NCBI GenBank assembly: GCA_963681965.1
Contig: OY820579.1
Location: forward strand, 2,240,001-2,304,000
Source of the DNA: a bacterium
GTDB taxonomy: Bacteria > Electryoneota > JAOADG01
Length of the DNA: 64,000 nucleotides
Reading direction: 5' to 3'
Position numbers and translations under genes: made by a program. Every line of letters begins with the position of its first letter. Position 1 is the stretch's first letter. Below are positions 1-10,351 of the stretch, in pieces. The notes below the pieces were generated by a model that saw nothing but the letters and a program-made list of their open reading frames with translations, did not search any database and had not been told where the DNA came from.

Positions 1-114
1 GAACCCGGTGCCGCGTTAATTCGACTCTCGCTCATGGCAACCCATACTTTCGAGCAGATCGATCGCGCCGTCGATGCAATTAACCGAGTTGCAAAGAAAC
101 TGAATGTAATATGA
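1..114 (+). CDS. 3' end of an alpha-oxoamine synthase family enzyme, probable serine palmitoyltransferase (partial)
   Basis: Frame 1 reads EPGAALIRLSLMATHTFEQIDRAVDAINRVAKKLNVI*. LIRxSLMATH-x-x-EQID is the AOS/SPT C-terminal signature. The stop overlaps the next start (ATGA at 111-114). Confidence 0.7.
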   Translation, partial: EPGAALIRLSLMATHTFEQIDRAVDAINRVAKKLNVI

Positions 115-1256
115 ACGACAAATCTTCAGCACCGATTCAAATCGTGACTGTCGAACGCCCGGCTGATGTTCGGGCGTTTGTCGATACCGGCTATCGATTG
201 AATGAGCGCTATCCGCAATTTGTTACACAACTTCGGATGGATTTGCTTGCATTGTTCGACCGCAAAAAGAATCCATTCTGGGATCGTGCCGAGTATCAGT
301 TGTTTCTCGCCAAGCGCGAAGGCAAAATTGTTGGACGAATTGCCGCCATCGACAATCATGCGCATAACGATTTCCACCACGAGAATATCGGTCACTGGGG
401 TTTCTTCGATGCCTTCGACGATCCCGCCATTGCCAAAGCGCTGTTCGAAGCTGCGGAGAAATGGGTTCGTGATCGCGGTCGCGATGCGATTCTCGGTCCG
501 ATGAATCCATCGACCAACGACGAATGCGGTACCCTCATCGATGCCTTCGACGAATCACCGATCATCATGATGACGTGGAATCCCGAATACTATCCTGCAC
601 TGATCGAAGGGTGCGGCTATTCCAAGGCGAAGGATCTGTATGCGTGGTGGATGTCGGCAGACGACTTCACCGATCGCTATCAGAAAGCCGCTGAATTTCT
701 CCGCAAGAAGTTAAAAGCGGAAATCCGCTGCCTTGATATGAAGCACTTCTGGGACGAAGTCACGCTGATCAAAGAAGTCTACAACGCCGCTTGGGCAAAG
801 AACTGGGGCTTCTTCCCGATGACCGACGAAGAGATCGATCATCTAGCCAAGCAACTGCACATGATCGTCGATCCGGATTTCACAGTCTTTGCATTTATCG
901 AAGGAAAGTTAGTTGGATTTTCGCTAACCCTTCCCGACTACTATCAAGTACTCAAAGGGATACGAGGCGGCAAACTGTTCCCGTTCGGTCTGTTGAAAGT
1001 CCTCTGGAATCAGTACGTCGCGAAGAAGATCAAGCAGTCGCGCGTGATGGTCATGGGCGTTGTTCCGGAATTCCGCAATCGCGGAATCGATGTAATCTTC
1101 TATGCCGAAGCAGTGCGCGTTTCGAAACTCCGCGGACATCGCGGTGGTGAGATGTCGTGGATTCTCGAAGACAACGACATGATGAATAACATCCTCGAAA
1201 AGATCGGCGGGAAGATCTACAAACACTACCGGATTTACCGGAAGGATTTGGTGTGA
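111..1256 (+). CDS. YghO-like tandem GNAT acyltransferase, probable bacterial ceramide synthase (bCerS)
   Basis: Motifs GRIAAI, WGFFD, GPMNPSTNDECG, NPEYY, NWGFFP, GVVPEFRNRGI and EMSWILEDN; lies between an spt-like gene and an SDR reductase. Confidence 0.75.
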   Translation: MNDKSSAPIQIVTVERPADVRAFVDTGYRLNERYPQFVTQLRMDLLALFDRKKNPFWDRAEYQLFLAKREGKIVGRIAAIDNHAHNDFHHENIGHWGFFDAFDDPAIAKALFEAAEKWVRDRGRDAILGPMNPSTNDECGTLIDAFDESPIIMMTWNPEYYPALIEGCGYSKAKDLYAWWMSADDFTDRYQKAAEFLRKKLKAEIRCLDMKHFWDEVTLIKEVYNAAWAKNWGFFPMTDEEIDHLAKQLHMIVDPDFTVFAFIEGKLVGFSLTLPDYYQVLKGIRGGKLFPFGLLKVLWNQYVAKKIKQSRVMVMGVVPEFRNRGIDVIFYAEAVRVSKLRGHRGGEMSWILEDNDMMNNILEKIGGKIYKHYRIYRKDLV

Positions 1257-2212
1257 TCGTTGCAGTAACCGGAGGAACCGGCTTCATCGGCTCGCATCTG
1301 GTCGCTGCTCTCACATCCCGTGGCGACGAAGTCCGGTTATTGAGTCGTTCTGTCGGCAATTCCGGTAACAACATCGCGCATTTTCCGGTCGATTATCGCA
1401 ATCGCGATTCGTTACTTCCCGCACTGAAAAACTGCGATTTGGTCATTCATCTTGCCGCTGCACTGCGTGCTCCGAAGCAATCCGATCTGATCGAAATCAA
1501 TCGTTCTACCACTGCATCACTCCTTTCAGCAACCCGCGAAGCTGCGCCGAATGCGCGGTTCATCCTCTGTTCCTCGCAGGCGGCTGCCGGTCCCGCAATC
1601 GATCATCGACCACGAACCGAACTCGATCCGTCCGAACCGATCAGTTGGTACGGTCGCTCGAAACGTGCTGCCGAAGAAGTTTTACTGACTGAAGAGAAGT
1701 TATCGTGGACAATTTTACGTCCCCCCGCAGTATTCGGTCCGCGCGAGCGCGATATCTTCGTTTTCTTCAAAGCACTTGCTCGCGGATGGTCGACGCAAAT
1801 CGGCACCGTCCGTCGTCAATTCAGTTGGATCTATGCCAAGGATTTCGTCGCGGCGATTCTAATTGCCAGTATGAACGATGCACTCAACCACAAAGTTAAT
1901 TTCGTTACCTCCGGTGCGACCGATTGGGATGAATTCCGAGCTGCCGCGGCTGCTGCACTGAATCGCAAATATCGTCTCGCAACGCTGCCTCGGTGGTCGG
2001 CGCAATTGTTGGCGGAGTCTGGCGAACTGTGGTCGAAAATATCCGGAAAAGCGGTGTTGCTCAATCGCGACAAGATTGCCGAACTCACTTATGACGACTG
2101 GCGCTGCGACGATTCAAATTTTCGTCGTCTAACCGGATATGTCCCGCAATATTCGTTATCGGCGGCAGTTGCCGAAACGATCGCGTGGTACCGGTCTGAG
2201 GGGTGGTTATGA
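1253..2212 (+). CDS. NAD-dependent epimerase/dehydratase (extended SDR), probable ceramide reductase (CerR)
   Basis: TGGTGFIG Rossmann motif, YGRSK catalytic motif, LRPPAVFGP; GTGA overlap with the upstream gene. Confidence 0.7.
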   Translation: MIVAVTGGTGFIGSHLVAALTSRGDEVRLLSRSVGNSGNNIAHFPVDYRNRDSLLPALKNCDLVIHLAAALRAPKQSDLIEINRSTTASLLSATREAAPNARFILCSSQAAAGPAIDHRPRTELDPSEPISWYGRSKRAAEEVLLTEEKLSWTILRPPAVFGPRERDIFVFFKALARGWSTQIGTVRRQFSWIYAKDFVAAILIASMNDALNHKVNFVTSGATDWDEFRAAAAAALNRKYRLATLPRWSAQLLAESGELWSKISGKAVLLNRDKIAELTYDDWRCDDSNFRRLTGYVPQYSLSAAVAETIAWYRSEGWL

Positions 2213-2520
2213 TTGAGCATTGCGACCTTTGTCGACTTCACCACCTGCGCGAATTGAAATCGCCGCTGCATCACGAGAATGATCGCTATATCGTTGTCGA
2301 TTGTATCATTTGCTGTACCCCGATGGTGGTGAAGAAAGCGCATGAACCGTCATTTTCACCCGAAGAAAAACAGGAAGTGGCAGCTTTACTTATTTTCCTC
2401 TTTGGCACTGCCGGCGTGATCGATTGGGAGCAACGCAAGATTCCCGATCATGCCCACTGCCATTTACGTCCAAAGGCGTTTCCCTTTTCCGATGCCGAGC
2501 CGCTGATAAACTATGCCTGA
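2209..2520 (+). CDS. Small HIT-like, putative zinc-binding protein
   Basis: CDLC, CIIC and C-terminal HAHCH (HxHxH); overlaps both neighbours (ATGA at 2209-2212). Confidence 0.55.
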   Translation: MIEHCDLCRLHHLRELKSPLHHENDRYIVVDCIICCTPMVVKKAHEPSFSPEEKQEVAALLIFLFGTAGVIDWEQRKIPDHAHCHLRPKAFPFSDAEPLINYA

Positions 2521-5428
2521 CCGCATCGAACAGTTCCTGACCGACATTCGACGCCATCACTCGCTGGCGAAGATCCTCATTTCCAGCAGTGTGCTGGAAG
2601 CCAGCGAGGCGCAGTACGACGATAGCTACAGCCTCTTTCCGCCATTGCAAACCGCTCTCCGTGCGCAAGGGATCAATCGCTTGTATGCCCATCAGACGCA
2701 AGCATTGAATGCCGCGAAAGCGAAAAAGAATGTCGTTGTCGCGACCCATGCCGCATCCGGTAAGTCGATGAGTTATTTTCTTCCCGCCCTTGAATCGGCA
2801 ATGGTGCGGGGAGGACGATCGCTCTTCCTTTATCCGCTGAAAGCGTTGGAGAACGATCAACTCAAGAAGTGGAACGAACTCACTTCGGCAATGCCGTTGC
2901 CGCAACCGCCGCGTGCTGCGATTTACGATGGCGATACGCCCGATTCGATGCGTCGACTCATTCGTCGAAATCCGCCGCAAGCGCTGTTTACTACGCCCGA
3001 TATGTTGAACCTCGGTATCCTTCCCTATCACAGTCTCTGGCGTACTTTTTTCGAATCGCTCTCGATCGTTGTCGTCGATGAATTGCATACCTACCGCGGT
3101 GTTTTCGGAACTCACATGGCGTGGGTCTTCCGGCGACTGCAGCGGATCTGCCAACTCTATGGTGTCAAACCGACGTTTTTAGCCACCAGTGCGACGATTG
3201 CGAATCCCGGTGAATTGGGCACCAAGCTGTTCGATGGTGAAGCCATTGCAATCACCGAATCCGGCGCACCGCGCAGTAAACGACACGTATTGCTTTTCAA
3301 TCCCGACGAAACCAGCGCCTTCACCGAAACCGCGCGTCTGTTAATGGTCGCGGTCGCAAACGGATTGCGCACGATCGTTTTCACCCGCTCGCGGCAGGAA
3401 ACCGAGCGCATGTTCATCGCCGTCGCCGAAAAAGATCCACTCATCGCTCAAAAGATCTCATCCTATCGTGCCGGTTTCCTTCCCGAAGAGCGCCGCGAAA
3501 TCGAGCGCAAACTATCCGATGGCGAATTGCTCGGTGTGATTTCGACGTCTGCGCTGGAACTTGGTATCGATATCGGTGGCTTGGATGTCTGTATTCTGTC
3601 CGGTTTTCCCGGACTCATTTCGCAGACCTGGCAACGCTGGGGGCGGGTCGGGCGCGGTGACAATTCTGCCGCCGTCGCACTGATTGCATCGTCGAATGCA
3701 CTCGATCAATATCTTCTCCGGCACCCCGATGAATTGCTATCGCGACCGTTCGAGACTGCCAACATCAATCACGACAATGAATTTGTCTTGGATGCGCATC
3801 TCCTCTGTGCCGCTCAGGAAATCCCGCTGAAACTGGATGAACCGTGGCTGCAACCGAAAGTCGTGAAAGAGCGGGTAGCTGCGAAAATTGCCGCTGGTGA
3901 ATTGCTCGAATCCGCCGAAGGGGGGCAATGGTTCCCGCGCGACACGCAACCGCAACGGAAAGTCGATCTCCGTTCGATCGGTAGTTCGTTTTCAATTGTC
4001 GATCTCGCGTCAAGTAAGCGGATCGGTGAAATCTCCGGTGAGACTGCCTTTCGCGAATGCCACAATCAAGCAGTATATCTCCACATGGGGCGGAGTTATG
4101 TCGTCGATTCGCTCGAAACCGGTACTTCAACTGTTTTCGTTACCGAGCCGACTCCGACACCCTCGTACTACACTATGCCCCGCTCGGAAAAAGAGACGGA
4201 AATTCTCGAGATCTACGAAGAGAAGAATTGCGGACCGGACAAAATCAGTTTCGGCAAGTTACGTGTCCACGAACGGGTAGTTGGCTATGAACGGCGCAAT
4301 CGCGAAGCCCGGACGCTGGAAGGCGTCTTTCCGCTGGAAATGCCCGAGACCATCTACGAGACTACTGGCTGTTGGATCGAGATGCCGTCGGACCTGATCG
4401 AGGATTGGCGCAACCAGAATCACCACTTCCCCGGCGCGCGTCATGCCGCCGAACATGCTTTTTTGGCGATGCTTCCCTTGCTGGCGCTCTGCGACCGGAA
4501 TGATGTCGGTGGCATCACCATGGATATGCACCCGCAAACCCGCCGACCGACGATTTTTCTCTACGATGGGTACGCTGGTGGTGCCGGTCTGACACTGACT
4601 GGCTACCGGATGCTGACCGAGTGGCTGCAGAAAACCTTGCGATTGGTCGAAGAGTGCCCTTGCACCGAGCCGGATGGCTGTCCCAGTTGTATTCAATCGC
4701 CGAAGTGCGGCAGTGGCAATCGTCCCCTCGATAAGCAGGGAACCATCGCCCTTTTCCGACGCTGGCTCTCGGAAGCGGAACAAACTGGAACACTGTTCCC
4801 GACGCTTCCCGCCAAAACAATCGTGCCTCCGAAGGAACCGCAGCCAGTCCTGAGCGTTTTACCTACGGAGCAGACCGGGACTGTTTATTTCGATGTCGAA
4901 ACCCTGCGCAGTGCCGACGAAGTGGGTGGCTGGAGCAATATCCACCTGATGGGTCTGGCGTTAGCGGTGATCTTCGACGAGCGGACGCAGCAATATTCGA
5001 CCTATTTCGAAAAGGATCTTGACCGGCTGATTGCCCATCTCGACTCTGCTCAACTGATTGTCGGGTACAACACCATTCGGTTCGATTACGAAGTGTTACG
5101 CGGTTATATCCCTCGGACTTTCAAGGAGTGGCGAAGTTTCGATATGTTGCCGGAAGTGCAACACCGCTTCGGCGGGAAACGACTCCCGTTGTCGGCACTG
5201 GCGAAAGCGTCGCTGCACGATAACAAGAGTGCCGACGGACTGCAGAGCCTGCAATGGGTGAAGGAAGGCAAGTGGCAACTGATCGAGGAATACTGCCGCC
5301 ACGATGTGAAACTGACTCGCGATATCTTTCGATATGCTTTGGATAAAGGGTATCTCTTAACGGAAGATCGCAAGGGCAATATTCTGAAAATTCAACTCGA
5401 TTGGAATCTGGCAAAAATCCTTGAATAA
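2513..5428 (+). CDS. DEAD/DEAH helicase with DUF1998 (MrfA/SftH family) fused to a C-terminal RNase H-like DEDD exonuclease (YprB/MrfB-like)
   Basis: ASGKS, DELH, SAT, QRWGRVGR; DUF1998 Cys cluster CPC..GCPSC..PKC; C-terminal FDVET, GYNTIRFD, EYCRHDV. Confidence 0.9.
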   Translation: MPDRIEQFLTDIRRHHSLAKILISSSVLEASEAQYDDSYSLFPPLQTALRAQGINRLYAHQTQALNAAKAKKNVVVATHAASGKSMSYFLPALESAMVRGGRSLFLYPLKALENDQLKKWNELTSAMPLPQPPRAAIYDGDTPDSMRRLIRRNPPQALFTTPDMLNLGILPYHSLWRTFFESLSIVVVDELHTYRGVFGTHMAWVFRRLQRICQLYGVKPTFLATSATIANPGELGTKLFDGEAIAITESGAPRSKRHVLLFNPDETSAFTETARLLMVAVANGLRTIVFTRSRQETERMFIAVAEKDPLIAQKISSYRAGFLPEERREIERKLSDGELLGVISTSALELGIDIGGLDVCILSGFPGLISQTWQRWGRVGRGDNSAAVALIASSNALDQYLLRHPDELLSRPFETANINHDNEFVLDAHLLCAAQEIPLKLDEPWLQPKVVKERVAAKIAAGELLESAEGGQWFPRDTQPQRKVDLRSIGSSFSIVDLASSKRIGEISGETAFRECHNQAVYLHMGRSYVVDSLETGTSTVFVTEPTPTPSYYTMPRSEKETEILEIYEEKNCGPDKISFGKLRVHERVVGYERRNREARTLEGVFPLEMPETIYETTGCWIEMPSDLIEDWRNQNHHFPGARHAAEHAFLAMLPLLALCDRNDVGGITMDMHPQTRRPTIFLYDGYAGGAGLTLTGYRMLTEWLQKTLRLVEECPCTEPDGCPSCIQSPKCGSGNRPLDKQGTIALFRRWLSEAEQTGTLFPTLPAKTIVPPKEPQPVLSVLPTEQTGTVYFDVETLRSADEVGGWSNIHLMGLALAVIFDERTQQYSTYFEKDLDRLIAHLDSAQLIVGYNTIRFDYEVLRGYIPRTFKEWRSFDMLPEVQHRFGGKRLPLSALAKASLHDNKSADGLQSLQWVKEGKWQLIEEYCRHDVKLTRDIFRYALDKGYLLTEDRKGNILKIQLDWNLAKILE

Positions 5429-5491
5429 CCGATTGATCCGTTTAGAACTGCGTTGTACATTATCAAATTACCCAAAATCGATTGGAAACCG

Positions 5492-6766
5492 ATGTCAAAA
5501 TCCGTTTATCTCGTTTTTCTGTTGTCATTAACCAGCTTTCTGATACTTTCCTGTTCCGATTTGAAGGGGAATGTTGGTCGCAATGAAATCGTTTCACCGC
5601 AAAATGGTCGCCTTGCCGATCGAACGATCTTAGCGCAGAAAGATAGTTCTTACTACCATAAATACAACAATATGGGTGGTGGAAAACTGTTTTTCGGCAG
5701 CAATCGCGGTGTCGAAGCGAGTACCCTGTTCCGGTTCAATACTTTCGGGAAATTGGATACGATTTACTACGATAGTTTGAATGTCGATTCGATCCGGTTG
5801 GAAGAAGTATCGCTCACTATGTTCGGTGTACACGATACTAGCGGTGGTCTGTTCGCCACGAATGCTACACCACCGATCACATTGAATTTGTTCGCACCAC
5901 GGGTCAATTGGAGTCAATATTCGGCAAGTGCCGAGACGTTGGCAATCAATCCCAGGCAGTTGGACGGAACGATCAATATGTCGATGGATACTACCGGTGC
6001 CGATTCAATGGTCTTCCATCTACCTGAAGCAATGTATTCGGAAGTACAAACCTGGATTACCATCACCACACGACAGCTACTTAACGACACGAATTTCGGA
6101 ATCTGGTTACGTCCCGATTTGGCGACTGCGTTTTCGATCCGCTCGTTTTATTCGATCGAGGGTGACAATGCGACTCGCCCCTATCTGAAAATCAAGTATA
6201 GTCGGTTGAAAGATGGTCTGCCGGTTGGTTTCCCCGATTCCGTAATAACCTATCCCTATGACGATTTATCGCTGCTATCGAAAGGCACCACCAATTACGA
6301 TGGGTTGCAAGTCGGTGCCGGCGATGCAGTACGTGGCATTATCTGGTTCGATTTGGGTGATCTGGTCACGCGACAGGTGAATGTTCACCATGCCCGCATG
6401 ATCATCCGACGACCGCAACCCCGTTTGCCGACCGATTTTGGCGTCATGCAAGCAATCGGTGTGTCGATCGCATCGGGCGATTCCACCCAATGGCACAGTG
6501 AACCAGTTCTGGGTTCCACTTCACCGGTCACCTTTGCCGCGACCGATTCCACAGTGGTAGTGGAGGTCAGCAATGTTGTCGCGCGCTGGGTAGCCTTGCG
6601 ACATCAAACCGGTGTATTACTGATCACCGATGCCAATGAGGGATCGAGGTTCTCCCGATCCTCGTTCGGATCGGCACCACGAGAAGGCATTACACCAACA
6701 CCCGGAACACCGCAGGCACGATTGGAAATTATCTACAGCGAACTTGAACCGGAGGCGGGCAAATGA
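5492..6766 (+). CDS. Hypothetical lipoprotein
   Basis: Hydrophobic N-terminus ending LILSC (lipobox) from the ATG at 5492; beta-rich composition; ATGA-coupled to the barrel gene. Confidence 0.65.
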   Translation: MSKSVYLVFLLSLTSFLILSCSDLKGNVGRNEIVSPQNGRLADRTILAQKDSSYYHKYNNMGGGKLFFGSNRGVEASTLFRFNTFGKLDTIYYDSLNVDSIRLEEVSLTMFGVHDTSGGLFATNATPPITLNLFAPRVNWSQYSASAETLAINPRQLDGTINMSMDTTGADSMVFHLPEAMYSEVQTWITITTRQLLNDTNFGIWLRPDLATAFSIRSFYSIEGDNATRPYLKIKYSRLKDGLPVGFPDSVITYPYDDLSLLSKGTTNYDGLQVGAGDAVRGIIWFDLGDLVTRQVNVHHARMIIRRPQPRLPTDFGVMQAIGVSIASGDSTQWHSEPVLGSTSPVTFAATDSTVVVEVSNVVARWVALRHQTGVLLITDANEGSRFSRSSFGSAPREGITPTPGTPQARLEIIYSELEPEAGK

Positions 6767-7965
6767 AACACGCTTTCCTGTTCATATTGATTCTCACGAT
6801 CGTTGGTCAAGCTGCTTTTGGTTCCGTCTTTTCGGGACAGGGGATCGGAATTCCCCTCACTTCAGTGCTCGGTCCGTCTGCGGGTCGTGCCGGATTGGGG
6901 CTTGCCGCATTCGACTCGACTGCACCCGATCTCGATCAACCGGCGAAATTTTCCGAGTTGAGTGAAGTCCGCGTCGGTGTTGCCGGTGAATTCTCCAGTC
7001 GATCCATCCAAGATAATTTTGGAAACGTCGATAAACAGGGCGAGTTCCGCTTTGGTGGGTTTGCACTTTCGATTCCTACCTACAAGTTGTTCCGCACCGG
7101 TTTTATCATTGCCCCATATTCTGCTGCCAATGCGATGGCGGAAAGCCGCAAAACTTGGGGTTCCGGTATCACCTATACCGAACGTCTTGATGGCACCGGC
7201 GGGCTGTCGCGCTACGGATTGGTCGCTGCACTCGCTTCGGGTAACTTCCGATTCGGTGCTGAAACTGGTTTTATTGGCGGTTCGATCAATAATGACTGGC
7301 GGGTATACTTCGATACTTCCTCGATGGCAGACGGTTGGTTCGTTATCAATCGCCAGATGTCCGGCTGGTACGGTCGCTTCGGTATGCTTTACCAAAATGG
7401 CAGCCAGCGTTATTCGTTGGTAACACAATTCCCGGCACGATTGTCAGTTCGCGAAGAAGTCCGATTCGCAATGACCAATGACGTCACTAACACGACAACC
7501 CATTTCAACCTTCCGTTGGAAGTGATGGGTGGAGCATCGTGGCGACTGGGAGCGTGGGCACTGGGAGCCGATGGCGGCTGGTCGCAATGGAGTCAAATCC
7601 ATTCGCGGTATTTTCTCTTACAACCGGAAGATGCGATCTACGGCGGGTGCTGGCTGGAACGCCCCGGCAAATCCGGTCTACTCGACCCGTATTGGAGCCG
7701 AACCAGTTGGCGGATGGGTTTACGCTATCGCAAATTGCCCAATTTGACCACCAATTCGAAGCGCATTGAAGAATTTACGACATCGTTGGGTGTGACATTG
7801 CCGACCGCGCAAACGCAGGACTTCGTTCATCTTGCTACTGGTTACACCATTCGCGGGAATGGTAGCACCAACCTATTGCAGGAAAATCTGTTCTGGACCT
7901 CGGTGTCGGTGTCGCTATCGGAAAAATGGTTCGTGCGCGAAAAACCAACGCACCGCAAGAAATAG
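6763..7965 (+). CDS. Outer-membrane beta-barrel protein (FadL-like)
   Basis: Signal peptide, N-terminal GRAGLGLA...DQPA plug-like segment, alternating aromatic strands, SLSEKWF near the C-terminus. Confidence 0.6.
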   Translation: MKHAFLFILILTIVGQAAFGSVFSGQGIGIPLTSVLGPSAGRAGLGLAAFDSTAPDLDQPAKFSELSEVRVGVAGEFSSRSIQDNFGNVDKQGEFRFGGFALSIPTYKLFRTGFIIAPYSAANAMAESRKTWGSGITYTERLDGTGGLSRYGLVAALASGNFRFGAETGFIGGSINNDWRVYFDTSSMADGWFVINRQMSGWYGRFGMLYQNGSQRYSLVTQFPARLSVREEVRFAMTNDVTNTTTHFNLPLEVMGGASWRLGAWALGADGGWSQWSQIHSRYFLLQPEDAIYGGCWLERPGKSGLLDPYWSRTSWRMGLRYRKLPNLTTNSKRIEEFTTSLGVTLPTAQTQDFVHLATGYTIRGNGSTNLLQENLFWTSVSVSLSEKWFVREKPTHRKK

Positions 7966-8080
7966 TAGGTACCTCGGGTGTGGGGAAATCCACACCCGTT
8001 TTGTATCTTATATGATGAATGAATTGATCGTTTCCGGATCGGCTTAAAGCCATCCGGATTCATCGTAAATTGGTGTACTG

Positions 8081-8536
8081 ATGAATGCAAAATATCCCTT
8101 GATTTTTCTCGGTTCCGATCACGGTGGACGGGAATTACGCTGGCAGATTCGCGACCGGTTAATCTCGCTTGGCTATCCGGTGGACGACTCGCTATCGATC
8201 GACACTGAGGAAATGACCGACTATCCCGATGTTGCTCATGCCGTTGCCAGAGCAATTCAACGGAATAGTGGTGCCTTAGGTATTTTGCTCTGCGGTTCCG
8301 GGATCGGGATGTCGATTGCCGCCAACCGTCACGCCGGCATCCGTGCGGCACTTTGCACCACCGAATATCATGCCAAGTTGAGTCGACAACACAATTTCGC
8401 CAATGTGCTATGTCTCGGTGCACGCCTGACTGGCGCTGATCTGGCATGGGAAATTGTCGATACGTTTTTACATACTGCTGCTTCCTCGGTCGAACGACAC
8501 GAGCGGCGCGTCAATAAAATCGATACGGAGTACTAA
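8081..8536 (+). CDS. rpiB: Ribose-5-phosphate isomerase B
   Basis: GSDHGG, DYPD, CGSGIGMSIAAN, RQHNFANVLCLGAR, RHERRV. Confidence 0.95.
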   Translation: MNAKYPLIFLGSDHGGRELRWQIRDRLISLGYPVDDSLSIDTEEMTDYPDVAHAVARAIQRNSGALGILLCGSGIGMSIAANRHAGIRAALCTTEYHAKLSRQHNFANVLCLGARLTGADLAWEIVDTFLHTAASSVERHERRVNKIDTEY

Positions 8537-8545
8537 GGAGTGATT

Positions 8546-9835
8546 ATGTGGGGAAGTTTACGGGAACGCGATCCGGAAATTTACGAGACGATCGTCAATG
8601 AACGGGGTCGGCAGGAAAACCGGCTGGAACTGATTGCATCGGAGAATTTCGTCAGTCGATCGGTGATGGAAGCAGTCGGTTCGGTTATGACCAATAAATA
8701 TGCCGAAGGGTATCCGGGAAAACGGTATTACGGCGGTTGCGAATTCGTCGACAAAGCCGAAGAATTGGCGCGCGAACGGGTCAAGAAACTATTCGGCGCG
8801 AAGTGGGCGAATGTTCAACCTCACAGTGGTTCGCAGGCGAATCAAGCCGTCTACAACACGTTAATGAAACCGGGTGAAACGTTCTTAGGGCTTTCGCTGG
8901 CACAGGGTGGTCACTTAACTCACGGTAGTCCGGTCAATCAATCCGGTCGTCTCTATAATTGCGTGAGCTACGGTCTCAATATCGAAACCGGACAGATCGA
9001 TTTCGATATGGTGCGTAAACTTGCTCATGAACACAAACCGAAGATGATCATGACCGGTGCGTCAGCCTATCCCCGCAAAATTGACTTTGAGAAGTTCCGG
9101 GAAATCGCTGACGAAGTCGGCGCCTATCTGGTTGCCGATATCGCCCATATCGCCGGTCTCGTCGCGACGAAACTGCACATGGATCCGTTGCCGCTTTGTC
9201 ATGTCGTCACCAGTACGACTCATAAGACCTTGCGTGGTCCGCGCGGTGGTTTGATCCTCTCCAGCTTCGAGGGTGGGGAGATTATACTTTCCGGAATGCC
9301 AAAACCGAAGACGCTGTTCGAAGCGCTTGATGCCGTCGTCTTCCCCGGTCTGCAAGGCGGTCCGTTGATGCATGTTATCGCCGGTAAAGCCGTGGCGTTT
9401 GCCGAAGCGCTGCAACCATCCTACTCTGCCTACATGAAGCAGGTCGTGTCCAATGCCAAGACGCTTGCCGAAGAACTGATGAAGCGCGGTTACAAACTGG
9501 TTTCCGACGGTACCGACAATCACTTGATGCTGATGGATTTGAGCAACAAGAATCTGACTGGCAAGAAAGCGGAAGCGGCATTGGAACACGCCGGGATCAC
9601 CACCAACAAGAACATGGTGCCGGGCGACAAACAATCGCCGTTTATCACTTCCGGTATCCGGATTGGTACTCCGGCAGCGACAACGCGTGGTTTCAAAGAA
9701 GTCGAAATGAAGATGATTGCCGAGTGGATCGACCGGGTTTTGAGAGCGCCGGAAGACGAGGCACTCGCCGAGAAGGTCGGTCACGAAATCAATGCACTTT
9801 GTGCGGCATTTCCGCTGTATGCGCCGGAAATGTAA
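8546..9835 (+). CDS. glyA: Serine hydroxymethyltransferase
   Basis: [34 protein letters not shown]; AAGGAG RBS upstream. Confidence 0.98.
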   Translation: MWGSLRERDPEIYETIVNERGRQENRLELIASENFVSRSVMEAVGSVMTNKYAEGYPGKRYYGGCEFVDKAEELARERVKKLFGAKWANVQPHSGSQANQAVYNTLMKPGETFLGLSLAQGGHLTHGSPVNQSGRLYNCVSYGLNIETGQIDFDMVRKLAHEHKPKMIMTGASAYPRKIDFEKFREIADEVGAYLVADIAHIAGLVATKLHMDPLPLCHVVTSTTHKTLRGPRGGLILSSFEGGEIILSGMPKPKTLFEALDAVVFPGLQGGPLMHVIAGKAVAFAEALQPSYSAYMKQVVSNAKTLAEELMKRGYKLVSDGTDNHLMLMDLSNKNLTGKKAEAALEHAGITTNKNMVPGDKQSPFITSGIRIGTPAATTRGFKEVEMKMIAEWIDRVLRAPEDEALAEKVGHEINALCAAFPLYAPEM

Positions 9836-9841
9836 TACGAT

Positions 9842-10294
9842 ATGCGTTGTCCTAAATGTCAGACGCAGGAAGATCGAGTGGTCGATTCGCGCGTGACCCG
9901 CGAAGGGGCGGCGACCCGACGGCGCCGTGAATGCTTGGGTTGCGGGTTTCGATTTACTACTTACGAGTATATCGAACCGGAGGAGTTGCGCATTGTCAAG
10001 CGCGACAAAAGCGTCGAGAATTATTCGCGGGAGAAGCTGAAACACGGCATCCGGATTGCGTTTGCCAAGCGTCCCTTCAACAACGACGAAATCGACAAAT
10101 TGGTCGACCGTGTCGAAAGTTCGATCATCTCGCTCGGTCCCGATATTGAATCGCACAAGGTTGGGGAGTTGGTCATGCACGAACTTGCCTTGGTCGATGA
10201 AGTGGCGTATATCCGCTTTGCTTCGGTCTACAAGCGGTTCCACGTCACCGGCGATTTTCGTGAGGAATTGGATAAACTGAAACCATCCGATTGA
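9842..10294 (+). CDS. nrdR: Transcriptional repressor NrdR
   Basis: CPKC...RRRECLGCGFRFTTYE zinc ribbon, ATP cone, DEVAYIRFASVY. Confidence 0.97.
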   Translation: MRCPKCQTQEDRVVDSRVTREGAATRRRRECLGCGFRFTTYEYIEPEELRIVKRDKSVENYSREKLKHGIRIAFAKRPFNNDEIDKLVDRVESSIISLGPDIESHKVGELVMHELALVDEVAYIRFASVYKRFHVTGDFREELDKLKPSD

Positions 10295-10318
10295 CGCTAT
10301 GAACTGTCGTACGATCTG

Positions 10319-10350
10319 AACGGGATGCCTCAACGCATCCCGTTTTTTTT
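10319..10350 (+). terminator. Intrinsic terminator of rpiB-glyA-nrdR
   Basis: AACGGGATGC-loop-GCATCCCGTT followed by a T run. Confidence 0.85.
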
Positions 10351-10351
10351 A

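Noticed and set aside
9062-10333. Long antisense ORFs (also 13097-14212, 16575-17681, 22530-23489, 34085-34954)
   Set aside because: Shadows of well-conserved genes on the opposite strand; no recognisable motifs.
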